From a virus (Duplodnaviria > Heunggongvirae > Uroviricota > Caudoviricetes), in IMG/VR virus record IMGVR_UViG_2711768006_000013: DNA of 4,055 bases. One strand, given 5' to 3'. Positions 1 to 4,055 of the stretch are shown one piece after another. The notes under the pieces are model-generated. The model was given only the letters and a program-made list of their open reading frames with translations. It did not search any database and was not told the DNA's origin. The translations under genes were made by a program, and so were the position numbers. Each line of letters begins with the position of its first letter. The stretch's first letter is position 1.

Positions 1-2162
<2,162 letters not shown>

Positions 2163-2188
<26 letters not shown>

Positions 2189-2708
2189 TCAGCAACCCCG
2201 GTATCAGTTCATCCAGCGCGGCTGCTTTGTTCATGGCTTTGATGATATCCCGTTTCAGGAAATCAACATGTCGGTTTTCCAGTTCCGGAAAACGCCGCTG
2301 CACCGACAGGGGGATCCCGTCGAGAATACTGGCAATTTCACCTGCGATCCGCGACAGCACGAAAGTACAGAATGCGGTTTCCACCACTTCAGCGGAGTCT
2401 CTGGCATTTTTCAGCTCCTGTGCGTCGGCCTGCGCACGCGTAAGTCGATGGCGTTCGTACTCAATAGTCCCTGGCTGGAGATCTGTCTCGCTGGCCTGCC
2501 GCAGTTCTTCAACTTCCCGGCGCAGCTTTTCGTTCTCAATTTCAGCATCCCTTTCGGCATACCATCTTATAACGGCGGCAGAGTCATAAAGCACCTCATT
2601 ACCCTTGCCACCGCCTCGCAGAACGGGCATTCCCTGTTCCTGCCAGTTCTGAATGGTACGGATACTCGCACCGAAAATGTCAGCCAGCTGCTTTTTGTTG
2701 ACTTCCAT
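2163..2708 (-). CDS. Nu1: Terminase small subunit Nu1 (cosB-binding, winged helix-turn-helix N-terminus)
   Basis: The 181-aa ORF MEVNKKQLADIFGASIRTIQNWQEQGMPVLRGGGKGNEVLYDSAAVIRWYAERDAEIENEKLRREVEELRQ... matches lambda Nu1 (181 aa) as I recall it. It sits immediately downstream of the cosB repeats and overlaps the start of A. Confidence 0.95.
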
Positions 2709-2729
2709 TGTTCATTCCACGGACAAAAA

Positions 2730-2845
2730 CAGAGAAAGGAAACGACAGAGGCCAAAAAGCCCGTTTTCAGCACCTGTCGTTTCCTTTCTTTTCAGGGGGT
2801 GTTTTAAATAAAAACATTAGGTTACGGCGAAGAAGAACGGAAACG
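2730..2845. promoter_or_regulatory. cosB: terminase (Nu1) binding elements R1 (about 2730..2750), R2 (about 2768..2788) and R3 (about 2828..2845), with the presumed IHF site I1 in the R2-R3 interval
   Basis: Three copies of the CGTTTCC-containing R element are visible: CAGAGAAAGGAAACGACAGAG at 2730..2750, CAGCACCTGTCGTTTCCTTTC at 2768..2788 in the opposite orientation, and CGAAGAAGAACGGAAACG at 2828..2845. The arrangement, and the roughly 180-bp distance between the Nu1 start and cosN, match lambda cosB as I recall it. Confidence 0.8.
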
Positions 2846-2885
2846 CCTTAAACCGGAAAATTGTCATAAATAGCGAAAACCCGCG

Positions 2886-2897
2886 CGCCTTCCGCCC
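2886..2897. other. cosN: the 12-nt cohesive-end core of cos, internal and uncut as expected in a prophage; the sequence is a variant of the lambda core
   Basis: The flanks match the lambda left end (GCGAAAACCCGCG at 2873..2885) and right end (CGTAACCTGTCGG at 2898..2910) in reverse complement. The 12 nt between them read CGCCTTCCGCCC, where lambda has AGGTCGCCGCCC in the same orientation. Confidence 0.7.
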
Positions 2898-2945
2898 CGT
2901 AACCTGTCGGATCGCCGGAAAGGACCCGCAAAATGATAATAATTA
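2898..2945. other. Right-end cos flank, the expected location of cosQ (the element that terminates packaging)
   Basis: Sequence CGTAACCTGTCGGATCGCCGGAAAGGACCCGCAAAATGATAATAATTATCATC closely resembles the lambda right terminus as I recall it. The exact cosQ boundaries cannot be set without an alignment. Confidence 0.4.
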
Positions 2946-3096
2946 TCATCTACATGTCACAACGTGCATCTACGCCATCAAACCACGTCAAATAATCAAT
3001 TATGACGCAGGTATCGTATTAATTGATCTGCATCAACTTAACGTAAAAACAACTTCAGACAATACAAATCAGCGACACTGAATACAGGGCAACCTC

Positions 3097-3330
3097 ATGT
3101 CAACGAAGAACAGAACCCGCAGAACAACAACCCGCAACATCCGCTTTCCTAACCAAATGATTGAACAAATTAACATCGCTCTTGTTCAAAAAGGGTCCGG
3201 GAATTTCTCAGCCTGGGTCATTGAAGCCTGCCGCCGGAGACTGTGCTCAGAAAAAAGAGTTTCGCCTGAAGCAAACAAAGAAAAGAGTGACATTACTGAA
3301 TTGCTCAGAAAACAGGTTAGACCAGATTGA
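3097..3330 (+). CDS. ylcI: YlcI-like (DUF3950) small basic protein of 77 aa, predicted ribbon-helix-helix DNA-binding fold; prophage moron
   Basis: The ORF MSTKNRTRRTTTRNIRFPNQMIEQINIALVQKGSGNFSAWVIEACRRRL... has a basic N-terminal tail, then a short strand (RNIRFP), a helix (NQMIEQINIALVQKG), a G/S/N turn (SGNFS) and a second helix (AWVIEACRRRL), which is the ribbon-helix-helix pattern. The N-terminal 50 or so residues match my recollection of E. coli DLP12 YlcI; the C-terminus differs. It is transcribed away from cos and opposite to the terminase genes. A weak Shine-Dalgarno (AGGG) sits about 8 nt upstream of the ATG. Confidence 0.7.
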   Translation: MSTKNRTRRTTTRNIRFPNQMIEQINIALVQKGSGNFSAWVIEACRRRLCSEKRVSPEANKEKSDITELLRKQVRPD

Positions 3331-3387
3331 AGCAATTTAGATAATCGTGCAGACTACGCCCCCTCATATCACATGGAAGGTACTACA

Positions 3388-3798
3388 ATGGCTCAGGTTG
3401 CCATTTTTAAACAAATATTCGATAAAGTGCGAAATAATTTAAACTATCACTGGTTTTATTCTGAACTAAAACGTCACAATGTCTCACATTACATTTACTA
3501 TTTAGCCACAGAGAATATTCATCTTGTTCTTGAAAACGATAATACGGTTTTAATAAAAGGACAGGGTAAGGTTGTAAATGTAAGATTTTCAAAAAATAAA
3601 TGCCTTATAGAAGCCACCTTAAAAGGATTCAAATCAGGAGAGTTATCATTTTACGAATACAGGAAAAATCTTGCTACAGCAGGGGTTTTCAGATGGATTA
3701 CAAATATCCACGAAAACAAAAGGTATTACTATACCTTTGATAATTCATTACTCTTTACTGAGAACATACAGAACACTACACAAATATTTCCGCACTAA
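3388..3798 (+). CDS. ybcV: YbcV-like (DUF1398 family) protein of 136 aa, function unknown; AT-rich prophage moron
   Basis: Intact ORF with a strong Shine-Dalgarno (GGAAGG at 3375..3380) 7 nt upstream of the ATG at 3388. The ORF track starts at 3373 (MEGTTMAQ...), but that ATG has no ribosome-binding site, so 3388 is the likelier start. The size (136 aa) and the position next to a ylcI-like gene fit DLP12 YbcV as I recall it. GC content is about one third, against roughly 55% in the terminase genes. No hydrophobic signal peptide or transmembrane segment is apparent. Confidence 0.6.
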   Translation: MAQVAIFKQIFDKVRNNLNYHWFYSELKRHNVSHYIYYLATENIHLVLENDNTVLIKGQGKVVNVRFSKNKCLIEATLKGFKSGELSFYEYRKNLATAGVFRWITNIHENKRYYYTFDNSLLFTENIQNTTQIFPH

Positions 3799-3808
3799 AT
3801 CATAACGT

Positions 3809-3833
3809 CCGGTTTCTTCCGTGCCAGAACCGG
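3809..3833 (+). terminator. Stem-loop (CCGGTTTCT / loop / AGAACCGG) about 10 nt downstream of the ybcV-like stop; possible terminator or RNA-stability hairpin
   Basis: An inverted repeat with an 8-9 bp GC-containing stem and an 8-nt loop is visible directly after the TAA at 3796..3798. There is no U-tract after it on either strand, so an intrinsic terminator is not secure. Confidence 0.25.
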
Positions 3834-4055
3834 ACTCGCTGGCATGATGAAATATGTGTACCCGGTAACCCCGGTGTGCATCGTTTTTGATTATTCCCGC
3901 ACACTCGCGCAGAAGGAGTTCCCCGTCGGGCTACGGTCTCTGTTAATACGGGAATACGGCGACGATTGGATTTGCCCCTATATTTCCAGACATCTGTTAT
4001 CACTTAACCCATTACAAGCCCGCTGCCGCAGATATTCCCGTGGCGAGCGATAACC

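Noticed and set aside
2227-2807. ORFs 2227..2589 (+), 2268..2807 (+) and 2567..2773 (-)
   Set aside because: They are antisense to or out of frame with Nu1 and extend into the cosB repeats. The Nu1 assignment explains the coding signal.
2730-2845. The CGTTTCC-containing repeats as a CRISPR array or transposon terminal inverted repeats
   Set aside because: There are only three short copies in mixed orientation with unequal spacing, at the position of the lambda cosB R sites, and no cas or transposase gene is present.
3407-3592. Minus-strand ORF of 61 aa inside the ybcV-like gene
   Set aside because: It is antisense to a gene with a strong ribosome-binding site, has no RBS of its own, and in AT-rich DNA such open frames arise by chance.
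3800-4053. ORFs 3800..4003 (-) and 3844..4053 (+) as possible small protein genes
   Set aside because: They overlap each other, have no Shine-Dalgarno and an arginine-rich low-complexity composition, and I do not recognise either product. I treat the region as non-coding, with low certainty.

Overview
The window is the packaging end of a lambda-like (lambdoid) prophage, read in reverse orientation, plus the moron region on the other side of cos. On the minus strand it carries the start of the portal gene B (1..105), the head-completion gene W (102..308), the terminase large subunit A (305..2188, interrupted by a 221-nt run of N at 1224..1444) and the terminase small subunit Nu1 (2163..2708). 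Upstream of Nu1 lies an intact internal cos site, with cosB R1/R2/R3 repeats at about 2730..2845 and cosN at 2886..2897. To the right of cos, on the plus strand, are two small accessory genes: a YlcI-like putative ribbon-helix-helix protein (3097..3330) and a strongly AT-rich YbcV-like protein of 136 aa (3388..3798), followed by a hairpin and a probably non-coding stretch. All identifications rest on my own translation and on recollection of phage lambda and E. coli DLP12 sequences; no database search was run. Most of the window is a well-known module. The parts worth a second look are the two-gene moron of unknown function and a cosN core that differs from lambda's inside otherwise near-identical flanks. 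I do not see strong evidence of a wholly new system.
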